Below are positions 12,013 to 24,380 of a stretch of 64,000 nt of DNA, piece after piece (positions within the stretch are counted from its first letter, which is position 1; every line of letters starts with the position of its first letter). The notes beneath the pieces are model-generated. The model had not been told where the DNA came from, made no database searches, and saw nothing but the letters and a program-made list of their open reading frames with translations. Both the position numbers and the translations under genes were made by a program. The DNA is from Octopus sinensis. Lineage: Eukaryota. The DNA is taken from positions 17,236,001-17,300,000 of the forward strand of contig NC_043016.1 in NCBI RefSeq assembly GCF_006345805.1, given 5' to 3'.

Positions 12013-14977
12013 AGGGTTTGAAATTATTGAACAGAGATCATGTGACCAAGCAAGAGCAATACGAAGGGAATGGATGGTTAACAGAATTGGAGCTAGAAGC
12101 TATTAAAAGAAGAATATTGGTTGATGCTGGGCATTCAAGAAATGAAAGTGGTATAGTGGAAGAAATGGACAATTGTTTGCAAGAATATACTACCATGAAT
12201 TGGGAAAGAATTGAAATTAGTGACTACTCAAATAATGAAGATTTATTAATGATAGACAGGATTTTGGATCTATTAAATACGGAAGGACAGAATTTATGTG
12301 CGACTTTAAGAAGGATAACGAATGGAGACTAAATGAGGAGACGATTAAAGTCAATATTGTACTGAGACACATTGAAAGAAAGAACATCACACAAACAAAT
12401 AATCATATCAAGGCTGCTTGTAGGATTGTGGCAGAAAGGATGGGATTGAAAACTTAAGAAGGAGTATGGTGTAGATAAAAAATGGCCTGAATGTTGTGAT
12501 TGAAGAACTGAAGCAGCGCATACATGCAAAAAAAAAAAAAAAAGAAAAAAGAGGGAACGCTAAGTAGGTTTGAATGAGGAATTAAGCAATACTGGAAAAA
12601 CAAATTGTTTAGAACCGACCATAAAAGATTTTATCAAGAGATTAATGATGATAGAAAACGTGAAAGATTAGTCCCTGATGCTGATGAAAGTCAACTTTTC
12701 TGGGGTAAAACATGGACTAAGAAAGAACAACATAATACTACAGCTGAATGGCTCTGCAGCCTGAAGCAAACAGCTTCTCATCCCCAGCAACAGGCTATCC
12801 ACTTCACAGAAGACAATATCAGAAATATGAGTAAAAAGATAAGCAACTGGATAAAAAAAAAATTGAGTAGTTGCCATAAATCGATCGCAGAGCAATTTAA
12901 TGCATTAATCAATGGAGAATAAGAAATCCTGGACTGTTTGACAAAAGGACGAATGGTGTTGTGCCTGAAGGATGCATCACAGGGAAATGCTGCTGACCAA
13001 TTTCCTGCCTCTCATTAATGTGGAAGTTACTGTCAGGAAGAATTGCAGAAGAACTAAATAAATTTCTTGATGAGAATGATATATTATCGATGGAACAAAA
13101 AGGCTGATGCAGAGGTACCAAAGATCAACTATTGATAGACAAAATGGTATTGCAAGATTGTAAACGAAAGAGAACAAATCTGGGAATGGCCTGGATTGAC
13201 TTTTGTAAAGCTTATATGATTCCATGTTTGTGGATCATCGACTGCTTAGATCTGTTTGGAATTGTGAGGAATGTAACATGTTTCCTGAAGAGAAGTGTGT
13301 TGAGATGGAAAACTAAACTGACATCTTACGGAAAAAGCTTGTGCTCCCTAGGTATCTGAAGAGGGATTTCCAGGGTGATAACCTATATCTTTTACTTTTT
13401 GTTCTCTGCATGTTACCCCTGACCTTGGTACTTAGGAAAATGAACCTGGGGTACCAACTAAAAGGAAAATCCCAAACAATCAACCACCACCTCTTCATAG
13501 ATGGTTTGAAACTTTATGGCAAAGATGAGGCACGAGTGAGTTCCTTGGAGAACTCAGTTCACTGTTTTAGCACTGATATTAGATTGGAATTTGGACTCAA
13601 GAAGTGTGGAATAATCTATCTAAAAGAAGCAAGGTGCAGTCCTTAGCAGGGATAGAATTACTGAATAGAGATTTGATTAAACAAATTGAAATGGAAGGCT
13701 ACAAATACTTTGGTGTGCTAGAGTGCAATGAGATAATGGAAAAGGAAATGAAAGAGCAACTGAGGATGGAGTAATTCCGAAGACTGGGGTTGGTGCTGCA
13801 CTCAAAATTGACTGGATGGAATAAAATTCAAGTAGTTGATACGTAGGCTATAGCATCACTCTGGTATGGAGCAGGAATTATAAAATGGCAAAAGAGAGAA
13901 ATGAAGAAACTGGATGCCAAGACCAAAAAAATGTTAACAATACATGGAGCCTTCCACCCTAAGAGTGACACTGATAGGCTGTACTTGTCCAGAAGAAAGG
14001 GTGGGAGAGGTTTGATCAGCTGCCAGGACTGCATCGAAGCAGAGGTAAACAACTGCGGAGCCACAGTTAAAACACATGAAGAAGACCAGTGTTATCAAAA
14101 CAAAAAATTGTGTAATGAACAAGAAATGAACAAAAAAGAAAAACAAAAACCATGGAAGGAAAAGAAAATATACGGTCAGTTTGCAAGAGATGTGAATGCC
14201 AAGGCAGATACAGAGGAGTGGTGGCTATGGATGAGGAGGAGTGACCTGAAGATAGAGACAGAAGCACTCATGCGCAGCTCAAGAACAAGTGATAAGTGCC
14301 AATTATATGATGTGCAGAATTGACAACATTACCAATAGTGACACATGAGAGGGGTGAAATGGTATGGCACATCATAAATGAATGCCCAAAATTGGCACAA
14401 TGTGAATACAAGAGATGCCATGACATTGTGGCAGAAATGATCCATTGGGAGCTCCATGGAAAACATGGCCTACAAAGACATGGTATGAGCGAACTCCAGA
14501 AGGAGTCACCGAAAATGAGAACTGGAAAATCCTGTGGGATGCAATGACCCAGTTTGATCACCTGACCAGATATAGGAAACCAGACATCATTGTGGTAAAT
14601 AAAAAAGAAAGAACATGTATGATAATCGATATAGCATGACAAGAGGATGAATGTGAAAGAAGAAGAGAAAATAAACAACTATGACGATTTGAAGAGGGAA
14701 ATACGAAAGTCGTGGTCAATGAGGAGAGTAGGCATGGTACAAATAGTAATTGGTGCATTTTGAAGTATCAGCACTCAACTACCGACATTGCTGAAAAAGA
14801 TCGGTGCAAGTGTGAAGGTAGAACACCTACAAAATTCAGCATTGCTTGGAACTGCAAGGATTCTATGCAGAGTTCTTGAAGCATGACCAATAAACAAATG
14901 TCACCTTAGTCTGCTGGCTGTGGACAGCTGACACTTTCCATCAAACCCAGTAAAATAAGCTGTGAGTTTTTTAATAC
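12013..14977 (+). mobile_element. Near-complete decayed R4/Dong-clade LINE (RT + CCHC + RLE)
   Basis: DQLLIDK...[64 protein letters not shown]...RKPDIIVV...IIDIA, GTARILCRVL. Frameshifts and stops throughout; flanked by (AAT)n on both sides. Confidence 0.93.
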
Positions 14978-15005
14978 GTAATAATAATAATAATAATAAG
15001 GCTGT

Positions 15006-15327
15006 GAGGGCGCATGGCTCAGTGGTTAGAGCATCGAGCTTACGATCGCGTGGTTGTGAATTTGAATCCTGGACCAGACTGCGTGTTGTGTTCTTGAACA
15101 AGACACTTTATTTCACGTTGCTCCAGTTCACTCATCTGTAGAAATGAGTTGTGACATCACAGGTGCCAAGCTGTATGGGCCTTTGTCTTTCCCTTGGATA
15201 ACATCGGTGGCATGGAGAGGGGAGGCTGGTATGGCATGGGTGACTGCTGGTCTTCCATAAACAGACTTGTGCCTTGGAGGGTAACTTTGTAGGTGCAATC
15301 CCATGGTCATTCATGACCGAAGGGGCT
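15006..15327 (+). mobile_element. tRNA-derived SINE family B
   Basis: GGCGCATGGCTCAGTGGTTAGAGC A-box and GAATTTGAATCC B-box remnant; second copy at 62005-62345 (-). Confidence 0.85.
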
Positions 15328-15339
15328 CTCCTCCTCAAT

Positions 15340-15600
15340 AAGGCTGCAAAACAGGTCAGTGAGATGTAAAGAAAGTATGGAGTAGCCAACAAAAGTGGAA
15401 AGACAACTAGCAACTGGCACCAAGATGAAATGATGTCAGAATTAATCCATATACAGTAAGACAGAAGTTTAAAAGAATACCAAATTGGAATGGACCAGGC
15501 CTGGATGGAGTACTAGGCTATTGGCTGAAGAACTTTGCACAGTTGCATGGAGGGATTGCTGTGAAAATGCTTTGTGTGTGGTAAGATATTTTGAGAGTGC
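15340..15600 (+). mobile_element. R4-type LINE internal fragment
   Basis: KRIPNWNGPGLDGVLGYWLKNF resembles the R4 pre-RT motif NWKAPGPDGVQGYWLK. Confidence 0.7.
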
Positions 15601-16273
15601 CTGAAGAATTCAGTTTTACATGTTTGTAAATGTACAACTGTTGACTAAGCGGTTTGCTTAGCTGACAGTTGTACTACTTTATCAACTAGGAATGAGGAAA
15701 TAAATGCTAACAACAGTAATTTTATTTCCTTCCAAATTATAATTTGTCATAAACCATTTATCAAGATAACACACCTGAATTTTGAAGTCATTTAGCAAGC
15801 ACAGTTCTAAAAAATTTGAAGTAATTTTGTTGTATTTATTAATTATATCTCAAAGAAATTGTGAACATAAGACTTTGGTGCATCACCAGTCAGGCTCTTG
15901 TTTTCTTTGTTTAGATTTTGGCAGCTGGTTTCCTGGGAATGGCTGATAAGGGCATTTGCTTACTCTTGCAGTGTGGGTATGTTATGTGAAATTATTTTTG
16001 TGATGTATTTTAACGGATGTTGCTGTTAATTACTTTGGTGTTTTCTTGTTTGGTTCTTTATTTTGATTACGGTGTTTGCTGGTTGTTCTCTTTTCCTATG
16101 GTTTATTTCATTCATTAGCTTTTTGGTTGCTTGATATTTAATTCTAATTATGTTTTGTGTAGTGTTTAGTGCATAATATTCAAGGTTTTTCCTGGTTTTT
16201 ATCATACTTACATTTTCAGATGTGTAATTGGGTTTGTATTTTCTAAAGTTGCCTTGCAGGATATGTTTTTTTT

Positions 16274-16487
16274 TTAACCCTTTAGCATTTAAAAAAGCCC
16301 ATATATTCTTACACCTGTTTTATGTCTAAACTGGCCAGATCTGGTCTATCTCATACCTATTCTACAGTGTCGTTGCAAAAATATATAATCGCAGCATCAA
16401 AATTTCAAAGCTGTGAGATAACACAGGATAAACTGAAAAAGTATGAGCACAACGTTTGACAGAGTGATTTGGATGCTGAAGGGTTAA
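16274..16487 (+). mobile_element. piggyBac-type MITE (~215 bp)
   Basis: TTAA-CCCTTTAGCAT...ATGCTGAAGGG-TTAA, i.e. short TIR with TTAA TSD. Other copies: 16757-16959 (-), 22871-23058 (+) and the 56.2-57.8 kb cluster. Confidence 0.8.
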
Positions 16488-16756
16488 AGTGCTTTTGTAA
16501 TTATTTTGTTAGATGTGTGTAGTGCAGTGTCTATGCTTGTGGTTGAGGTGTTGTTGTTGTTCTGTTAACCTTAAAAATGTCCTAATGGAAGTGACTTTTT
16601 AAAAAGTTTGTGAAAGTGTTTTCATTGACATGTGAACGTAGTAAGGTTTTCAATTTCAATTCAATTTATTTATTTTGATGAAAAAAACAATCCTACTAAA
16701 CAAAATTCCATGAGATGAAAAATGTATCAACAAACAAAAACAGAAAAAAATATTTG

Positions 16757-16959
16757 CTCCTTTAGCATTCAGATTGTTCAGTCAAATGTTGTTCCCATGG
16801 TCTTGACTTAATCATGCATTATATCTGGTAGCTTTGAGATTTCGATGAGTTGATTGTTTATTTTTAGAAGGACATTGAAGGGTAGGTGTGAGAGGCCAGA
16901 TCTGGCCAGTTTGGACATATGACAGGTAGAATATTTGGACTAGATGTGGCTGGTTTAAA
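16757..16959 (-). mobile_element. piggyBac-type MITE, inverted relative to 16274
   Basis: Reverse-complement similarity to 16274-16487. Confidence 0.75.
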
Positions 16960-19089
16960 CTGAGAGTCCATGGTAAAGTCATGATTGATGATGAAGTAAC
17001 TGTGGCCCACTTGCATTTGATGACCTAAAAGTTATTCTTAACGGCACCAGGTTGACCGGTGCATGTAACACTGTAAACTGGAATTATGTCCCTACACAAA
17101 TAAAGTAAAAAAACAAAAAAAATATAACACAATAGTGGACTAAATATTCAATGTGTTAATCAATGATGCTTTGAGTACTGTACTCGAAACCCTACACTTT
17201 GAACGTTCATTGTACTTAAGCTATTGACTACATTTTTACACAACTCTTACTTGTTTATGGATAGATAACATGATCAAGATTCAAAGAGAAGAAAAAAAAA
17301 TTACTGAAGAAAAAAAAAAGCAAGACAAAAAAGGGATTAAAAAGATTACAATTTCTAATTTTTGATAAATTCCATAATTTTAGAAACAAGTACAGTGCGA
17401 ATCTGTTTAAGAGGCAAATCAACTGTTGGGCTCAATAATGCTTGCTTTCATAAGAAGACTTCTAAGAAAACCTCTGAAGCTTGTTATTTATAAATATGTA
17501 GTATGGTGCTGCATTGGTGAATGCAGTGGTAGCTGAGTTTCTAACTGCCCGTATGCAAATATAAAGAAGGACCAAATGTAATGATAGGTACTTGGTCTGT
17601 GGAACTGTCGACTACTGTTTACTTTATAACTGAAGAGTGATAGTAGCAGTATTTCTTATTTCTATAGCAGTTGCCTCTCTTATAGTTTTTTTTTTTCTGT
17701 TTGTTTTGTTTGGCAAAGGTAAAAGGTATTGGCTGTTTCTATTCAAGGGAGAAATGCTGGATAAAAGCCATTGATTTTACAAATTTAAAGTTGTCACTTT
17801 CCCGATTCTTCCACTGGTGACGTTTAACCATGTGTTCTTCTGTCCATTAATGTGTGCCAAAAATTTCATTGAGTTTTAGCCATGACAATCTCTCTTTCTT
17901 TCATGACACATTATATCTAGGACTACTTTATTCAGGGTGAAATTTAAAAGTATCTCATCCAGCTAATTTCTACAGGGCCAGATACCTGGAGGCTCTCCAG
18001 TAATTCTCTCATTTAGTAAATCTAAGGAATTAGGAAATGGTGATTTGGATGATGGTATGGTGCCTGAATTGATGTCTGTGGTATTCATTTTATTGTGTTT
18101 TGTTAAGCAGAACACTTAATTGCAAGCAGTGCCGGTGCAGGGTTTGTAATATTTACATTAATAAAGGTGCTAATTGAATTATGTTTTTAATTTCATTCCA
18201 TATGCTGTTAGAAAATATAAATCCTCACATTCTATGCTATAGACTGAGAAAAACAAATATTTTTCTTTCACTATTTAATGCAAAGAGAAGAAGAATATCT
18301 CCAAAACAAATTTTATAAAAATTAACAACAAAACTTTGCAACAGAAACATTAACTTAAGCCAGTTTTACTTTCCTTGTAAGCTTATATTTTAGTGGTTTG
18401 GCATAAGCAAATGTATTGAACCTGTCATGCTATATTCCTGCTATAGTTGGAATGGGTTAAATGGCATCTCTGTTGGATTCCTGGTCAAGTGGTAGTGAGC
18501 TACACACTAAGAAATGCAGCAAATTCCTTTTGTTACTTTGCCTTCAATTGTTATTCTTGAGCTGTATATGTAACAGTTTAATTTTTTTTTGCACAGAGGC
18601 CTAGATGGAAGGTAGATTTAGATGTGAGGGAGGGGGGTAGGTCTGAGAGGGTTGATGCTAAACATTCTAATTTGAGAGGGTTGATGCTAAACAATAGTTC
18701 CTGTTCTATGTTCTTTAGAGAAAACCTATTCATCACATACATTTTAAAATGATCAACTGCTTATAAGTAAATGTAGGAGATTTCTACTTTTCGAAGCAAT
18801 ATTCTAAGTATTTGTCCGTTATAAGAAAATAAAGCTGTAACTGCACGATGGGCCAATGAGGGAATCTCTGTGAGGTCGTCTGATCTGCTAAAAATAGCTG
18901 CCAAATATGCCTAAAATCAAACCTTACTATCTAAAAAATAAGAGAAGTACACTTTGGATCTAATGGGTCCACATTTTTAAAAGAACAGGTTTTGCTCATG
19001 AGTGAAATGATTTTGATTATAAGTCTACTGATTCAGGTCTGACATGTGGCTAACCACCACAGCCACCACCACCATGGCTGCCACCACCA

Positions 19090-19314
19090 CCATTTGTCAC
19101 CATATTTCTGTTGAAATACTCTGTGTTTCCTTCAATTAATTTCAAATATAACAAAAAATTTAGTAAAATAACTTCGTTATCATTAAGCTAGTGTTTGGAA
19201 CATAAATTGTGACGAAGGTTTGGTGGAAGATTTTAATTCAAAACTTATGAAAACAAGACATTTATACTTCAAAGCCAAAGGCAGTTTCAGCCAAGTTGGT
19301 GATGAAAGGGTTAA
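19090..19314 (+). mobile_element. Second piggyBac-type MITE family (diverged)
   Basis: Ends ...GATGAAAGGG-TTAA; the left terminus is degraded. Confidence 0.5.
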
Positions 19315-20496
19315 ATGTTGTTTATGTCTCCACCGAAAATTTAAATTTCTTTCACTGCTATTCCTTCCAGATACTTTCCTTCACATGACTTCACTCCTCT
19401 TCTTCATTTGTCTGTTGATATTTAACTTCAGTGGGATCACCGCCTTCTTATGAATGTGAACCCAATAATTCATGAACAGCTTGAAAATAAGTATCCTTGA
19501 AACCAAGGTCTCTTTTAGTTGTAACAATTTCACTTACAGGAATTTTTGGAAGGCACTAAAGTCATTAGCACTTTGAAGCAAAGAAGCCTGCCAGAATGCT
19601 GTTGTATACTTGGTTATCACTTCTTCCCATGACCCATGAATATTTTTCAGTAACTTTTTGCCTAGATTCTTGAAGAGAAATATAGCATCTTCTTTGACTG
19701 TAACTTTAATTGTCTGTGAGAAAGTTCTTCAAATATGATAGGCTTTAGATGCAGTTACTGTTCCTTGGCTTATGGGTTGAAACAATGAGGTCATTTTGTG
19801 AGAAAAAAACAACTTTCACATTGTTAGTTCAAAAATCTTAAAGTAAGTCAAACCTTATTAAGAATCAAAAGAAGTTTGGGAGATAAATTATGTTTTATGC
19901 AATAACTTCCAACTCCAAGGAAAGAAATGTGACAACGAACCAATCATCAAACAGTTCTGATATTTCTTGCATTTCTTTGTTATTTAATCTTTAAATAGAA
20001 AATTTTCTTCTGAATGTTTTTGTACTTTTCTAGACTTTTTTTATCACCTAAAAGTCAGTAAAGATACTTTTGTCACATCAGTACAGACATATATTTTGCA
20101 ATCCTATATCTTCTCACTGCTGATTCAAACCCCAAAACAAAATGCAGAATGCAACTGACCCACACAATAGCAGGACATAATGCTACATGACAGACATTGG
20201 ATACATGCAGGATTCAATACTATGAAGCAGAGTAATATATGAGGATCTGGGGCAATTAGATTAATTAACTCTTTGCTTAATCAACTAAATTGCTACAGAG
20301 TCTTTGTAACAAATAATTTTTAAAGTGATTTTTAAAAATAAAAGAATTCACTTTTTATTACATTGTTGTATTTATTTGAATATTAAGACAATGGAAAATC
20401 ATATTAATTTATACCAAAGTAAAATATTAGATATGAATGAAGATAAATTGTTTTAATTGTAACATGCAATATATTTTGATTCATGTTATTTACATA

Positions 20497-21090
20497 TTTG
20501 GCCAGAGACCTGAGGGACACTGGATTCAAAACCAAGGTCTACGCAGTCGAGGTTGGCGTCAGAGGATTTGCAGGCTCATCTGCCTACAGCCTTGTGAAAC
20601 AGCTGTCCATCTGTGGAAGAAGCAGGACTAGAACCTTGAGGACTATGGGAGAAGCAGTGGAGAAGGCCTCAAGTTGGATCTGGTCTAGGAATAACAAAGG
20701 TCAACTTTATAAGGCTTGATTTGCCACAATTCAAGCGAGTGCCAGATTGGCGTAGTCATGTAGGCCTGCGCCTCTGGAGCTGGTGATCCAGGTTTGAATC
20801 CTGCTGGGACCATGAGAAAAAAGAACTCTCTCACCTGGGTTGTCCAGGCGCTCACCAGTGTACCCAACTGGAAACGTGTACTTAGCTCTTCTCAGGGCCG
20901 CAGCACACATCACTGCAATGCTAGAAACCAGAGAAACCAATCCCACCTAAGGCGTACTAAAACAGACAGCAGGTGGACATCCAGGTGTCATGACTTGGAT
21001 GTGGCCCAACCCCGCTAGAGTATCAGAAGTTAAGGGCCAAAACACTTGCCTAAAGGGGGTTTCTCCTCTGAGGATCACCTGCTGTTATGC
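20497..21090 (+). mobile_element. 5'-truncated HERO-type (RLE) LINE 3' end plus 3'UTR
   Basis: LARDLRDTGFKTKVYAVEVGVRGFAGSS...MGEAVEKASSWIWSR matches the HERO-like RLE C-terminus (EVGxRGF...EAAExASxWIW). Confidence 0.75.
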
Positions 21091-21399
21091 TCTCCCTGAG
21101 TTTCTTTCCACTGATTCATGTTACCATTTACATACTTGCATAATATATATATAATTATTTTCCAAAAACTGAGTCGCTGAATGTGAAAAGAAAGGCTGCT
21201 CTTTTGATGCTTTGCTAATCTTGTACTGATTATTGGGGGTCTCCACATGGAGAATAAACATAATATCTAGGAATATTACCAACAATTGATTGGTGTCCTA
21301 TTCAAGTAAAAAATATATTTCTCATCTGCATAACATTGTTTCACAGAGATAATAAATACAACACTAAATGAATGCAATATTTAATGTTTCAAGCATTTT

Positions 21400-21800
21400 A
21401 CTTCACCCACCCACCCGCTCGCCCACCCACCCATCCATCCATCCATCCATCCATCTATCCTTCCTTCCTTCCTTCCTTCCTTCCTTCCTTCCTTCCTTCC
21501 TTCCTTCCTTCCTTCCTTCCTTCCTTCCTTCCTTCCTTCCTTCCTTCCTCCCTCCCTGCCTAGTATTCCTGAGATGTTTGTTGTGATACATTTCTCAGGC
21601 ACCTCCTCCATAGGATCCTATCAGAAGCACCTGTCATTACTTTCCAGTTGAATTCCCTGAGAGTATGGATATTTTTCAATAATCTCTTCCTTTCTCTGTC
21701 CCTAGATCTCCTGCCAGTTGGCTCAGCTTGAAGAATGTGTCTTGCAATTCTCTTCTGCAACATTCTAATCAGATGCTCATAGTAGCAGAGCTGTGACATC
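21400..21800 (-). mobile_element. RTE-type LINE 3' end with (GGAA)n/(GGAT)n tail
   Basis: Minus ORF QLCYYEHLIRM...RIARHILQAEPTGRRSRDR resembles an RTE C-terminus; the (CCTT)n/(CCAT)n tract 21400-21555 abuts its 3' end. Confidence 0.65.
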
Positions 21801-22200
21801 TCAAGCGTAGTAGTGAATTAGTCTTGTACTTGTTGTATAAATGTTGTTGAGTTGAGCCGAGTGATCAAGCTGAAAGTTATAGTATTTAGAAATCCTTAAT
21901 TCATCGAATTATGTAAAACCAGTTGTAAAATTACTTACATTGTGATGTTCCAGATGAAATGTTAAAACCAATGAATAATTTAAACCAAACCTTTTCTGAA
22001 AAGATACCAAATAAAGGTTATGTTCATTTTTCTTTCAACAATGAAATCTGGTTTATTTTATGAGAAGTGCAAACTGTATTGATTACATCAAAAAGTCACA
22101 TTCAGAAGGATATTTATTTTGAAATGATCAATGACCAAAAGAATGGGCCCAGCATATTTTACTGGTATTTTAAGGCAGTGAGCTGGTGGAATTGTTACCA

Positions 22201-22362
22201 GGAGTGGTTGTGTGGTAAGTAGCTTGCTTGCCAAACACATGGTTCCAGGTTCAGTCCCACTGCATGACACCTTGGGAAATTGTCTTCTACTATAGCCTCA
22301 GGCTGACCAAAGCCTTATGAGTGGATTTGGTAGATGGAAACTGAAAGAAGACCATTGTATAC

Positions 22363-22407
<45 letters not shown>

Positions 22408-22592
22408 TTCTCCCAACATCACTTGACAACCAACGTTGGTGTGTTTACATCTCCGTAACTTAGCGGTTCAGTAAAAGACCGATAGAACAAGTACTAGGCT
22501 TACAAAGAGTAAGTCTTAGGGTCGATTTGCTTGACTAAAGGCGGTGCTGTAGCATGGCCACAATCAAATGACTGAAACAAATAAAAGAATAC
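22201..22592 (+). mobile_element. SINE family C (tRNA head, CORE-like segment, internal (TG)n)
   Basis: GGTTGTGTGGTAAG...GGTTCAGTCCC...CACCTTGGGAAATTGTC...(TG)n...GACTGAAACAAATAAAAG. Multiple copies in the window. Confidence 0.85.
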
Positions 22593-22870
22593 ACATACAA
22601 AATACTTAGTGACATTTTGTATGGCTTAATATTTTGAGTTCAAATGCTGCTGAGGTAGTCTTTACCTTTCTTTCTCCCAGGGTCAGTAACATAAATACCT
22701 GTCAAATACTGGGGATCGATGTGATTGACAAGCCCCCTTCCCACCAGACCTTTTGTTTATTGTACAAAGAAAATATTTTACCGGTGTTTTACCAATCTTT
22801 ACAGAAATTAAAAACAAAATTTATATAAAAAAATACAAACCACATTTAAAAATATTCTCAGCAAGTAACA

Positions 22871-23058
22871 TTAAACCCTTTAGCATTTAAACTGACCAGA
22901 TCAAGCCTCTCACATCTACCCTACAAGGGAGTTCTAAAGATATACAATTACATCATTGAAATCCTGAAGCTATGAGATAATGCATAATTAATTCAAAACA
23001 AGGTGGATAAATAATAAGCATTACAGGTGATAGAGTAATTTGAATGTTAAAGAGTTAA
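22871..23058 (+). mobile_element. piggyBac-type MITE
   Basis: TTAAACCCTTTAGCAT...ATGTTAAAGAG-TTAA. Confidence 0.75.
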
Positions 23059-23961
23059 AACCCTTTCCTAAGTTTATCCTAATTGCACAAAACCAAGTGC
23101 CTTGTATGTTAAATCATATTATAAGTTACAATTTCTTCTGACACTCATTTATTTCATGCTTTATTTACTTAGTAACTATTATAATCATTGATGCCTTTCT
23201 TCCCCCGCTAACGACATATTCTGTGATCTCTACAATGTCCCATAAGATGTAGAGTCTCATATATTTTACCATTATTTACATACATGCATTTTGTTTGATG
23301 TTTAGTAAAAGTACCATGATTCGGGATTGCTATAATGTACAAAACATCCTGCTGTACTCTCTCTTCTCATTTCTATGCTAGAATCCTATCATCTTACAAA
23401 CTATTATAATAAATTAATAATTTATTTTATTTCTGAAAATGTAAGATATATCTGTAAACTAAAGGTCAACAAATTTAATGTATACAACATCCAAGTCTGT
23501 TTTGAATATCTCAAAATCCAAAGTAAACATTATTTTTTTTATATTTTAGAGAAAGTTAGTATTAATGTTGCACTATAAAAACACGACAGCCATAACCTAC
23601 AGAATATATATATATATACATACATACTAAATGTTAAGTTGGTTGGTGTTATACAAATTCTCAGTGTTATTAGTATAACCTTTAGTTGACATCCACAAGA
23701 AGGCTGTTACATAAAGACAAACTAATTATTAATTATCAAATTTCCAAATAACACTAATGAAGTACTATTTTGATTTTATAATTTATCTTCATTAGAGAAA
23801 CCAATAAATGTTACTCTCTTCAACATTTTAAAACGTCTGTGACAGTGCTGTTTGTCTTTTAAATTCTGATAACAAAATGACTTTACTCTCAATACAAGGG
23901 CAAATTGTAATCGATATATATATATATATAATATTTATATCATATATATATATATATATAT

Positions 23962-24101
23962 ACGGTTGTCCCAAAAGTTCGTAAACACTTGCGAAAATAA
24001 TGGTCTTTATTTTGAGGAATATTTTTTGTTGTTTTTGTTAGTACTTGGTGAGTAAAAATTCAATTTTCGCAAGTGTTTACGAACTTTTGGGACAACCTAA
24101 T
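23962..24101. mobile_element. Mariner-type MITE (~140 bp)
   Basis: Perfect 35-bp TIR GGTTGTCCCAAAAGTTCGTAAACACTTGCGAAAAT (23964-23998 / 24063-24097), flanked by (TA)n. Confidence 0.92.
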
Positions 24102-24113
24102 ATATATATATAC

Positions 24114-24380
24114 CAGTGGTTCTCAACCATCTTTTGTCTATGGACTCCTTTGATTCCTATTTCACTAAGGGGTTGGTTGGTGGGGGACCCTTATAGCCAT
24201 TGGATACCTAAAAACTGCTATCGTATTTTTATGATTAAATATTATTGTGATTTGTGTTAAAATATGTTTAAATATTTTGTTGTTTTGTAGAAATATAACC
24301 AGTTTGTTGCAAATAAATATTAACAACAAAACCTTATACGGCCCTCTAAGGGTTGTATGAACCCTTGTTGGGGACCACTG
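24114..24380. mobile_element. hAT (Charlie-like) MITE
   Basis: Termini CAGTGGTTCTCAAC...GTTGGGGACCACTG; flanks ATATATAC/ATATATAT (7/8, low complexity). Related copy at 57917-58226. Confidence 0.8.

Noticed and set aside
15006-15080. Possible tRNA genes (also 4085-4160 and other SINE heads)
   Set aside because: The A/B boxes continue into shared SINE bodies and the acceptor stems are incomplete.
17986-18120. Exon-like stretch after ttctacAG
   Set aside because: The translation has no recognisable motif and there is no convincing donor.
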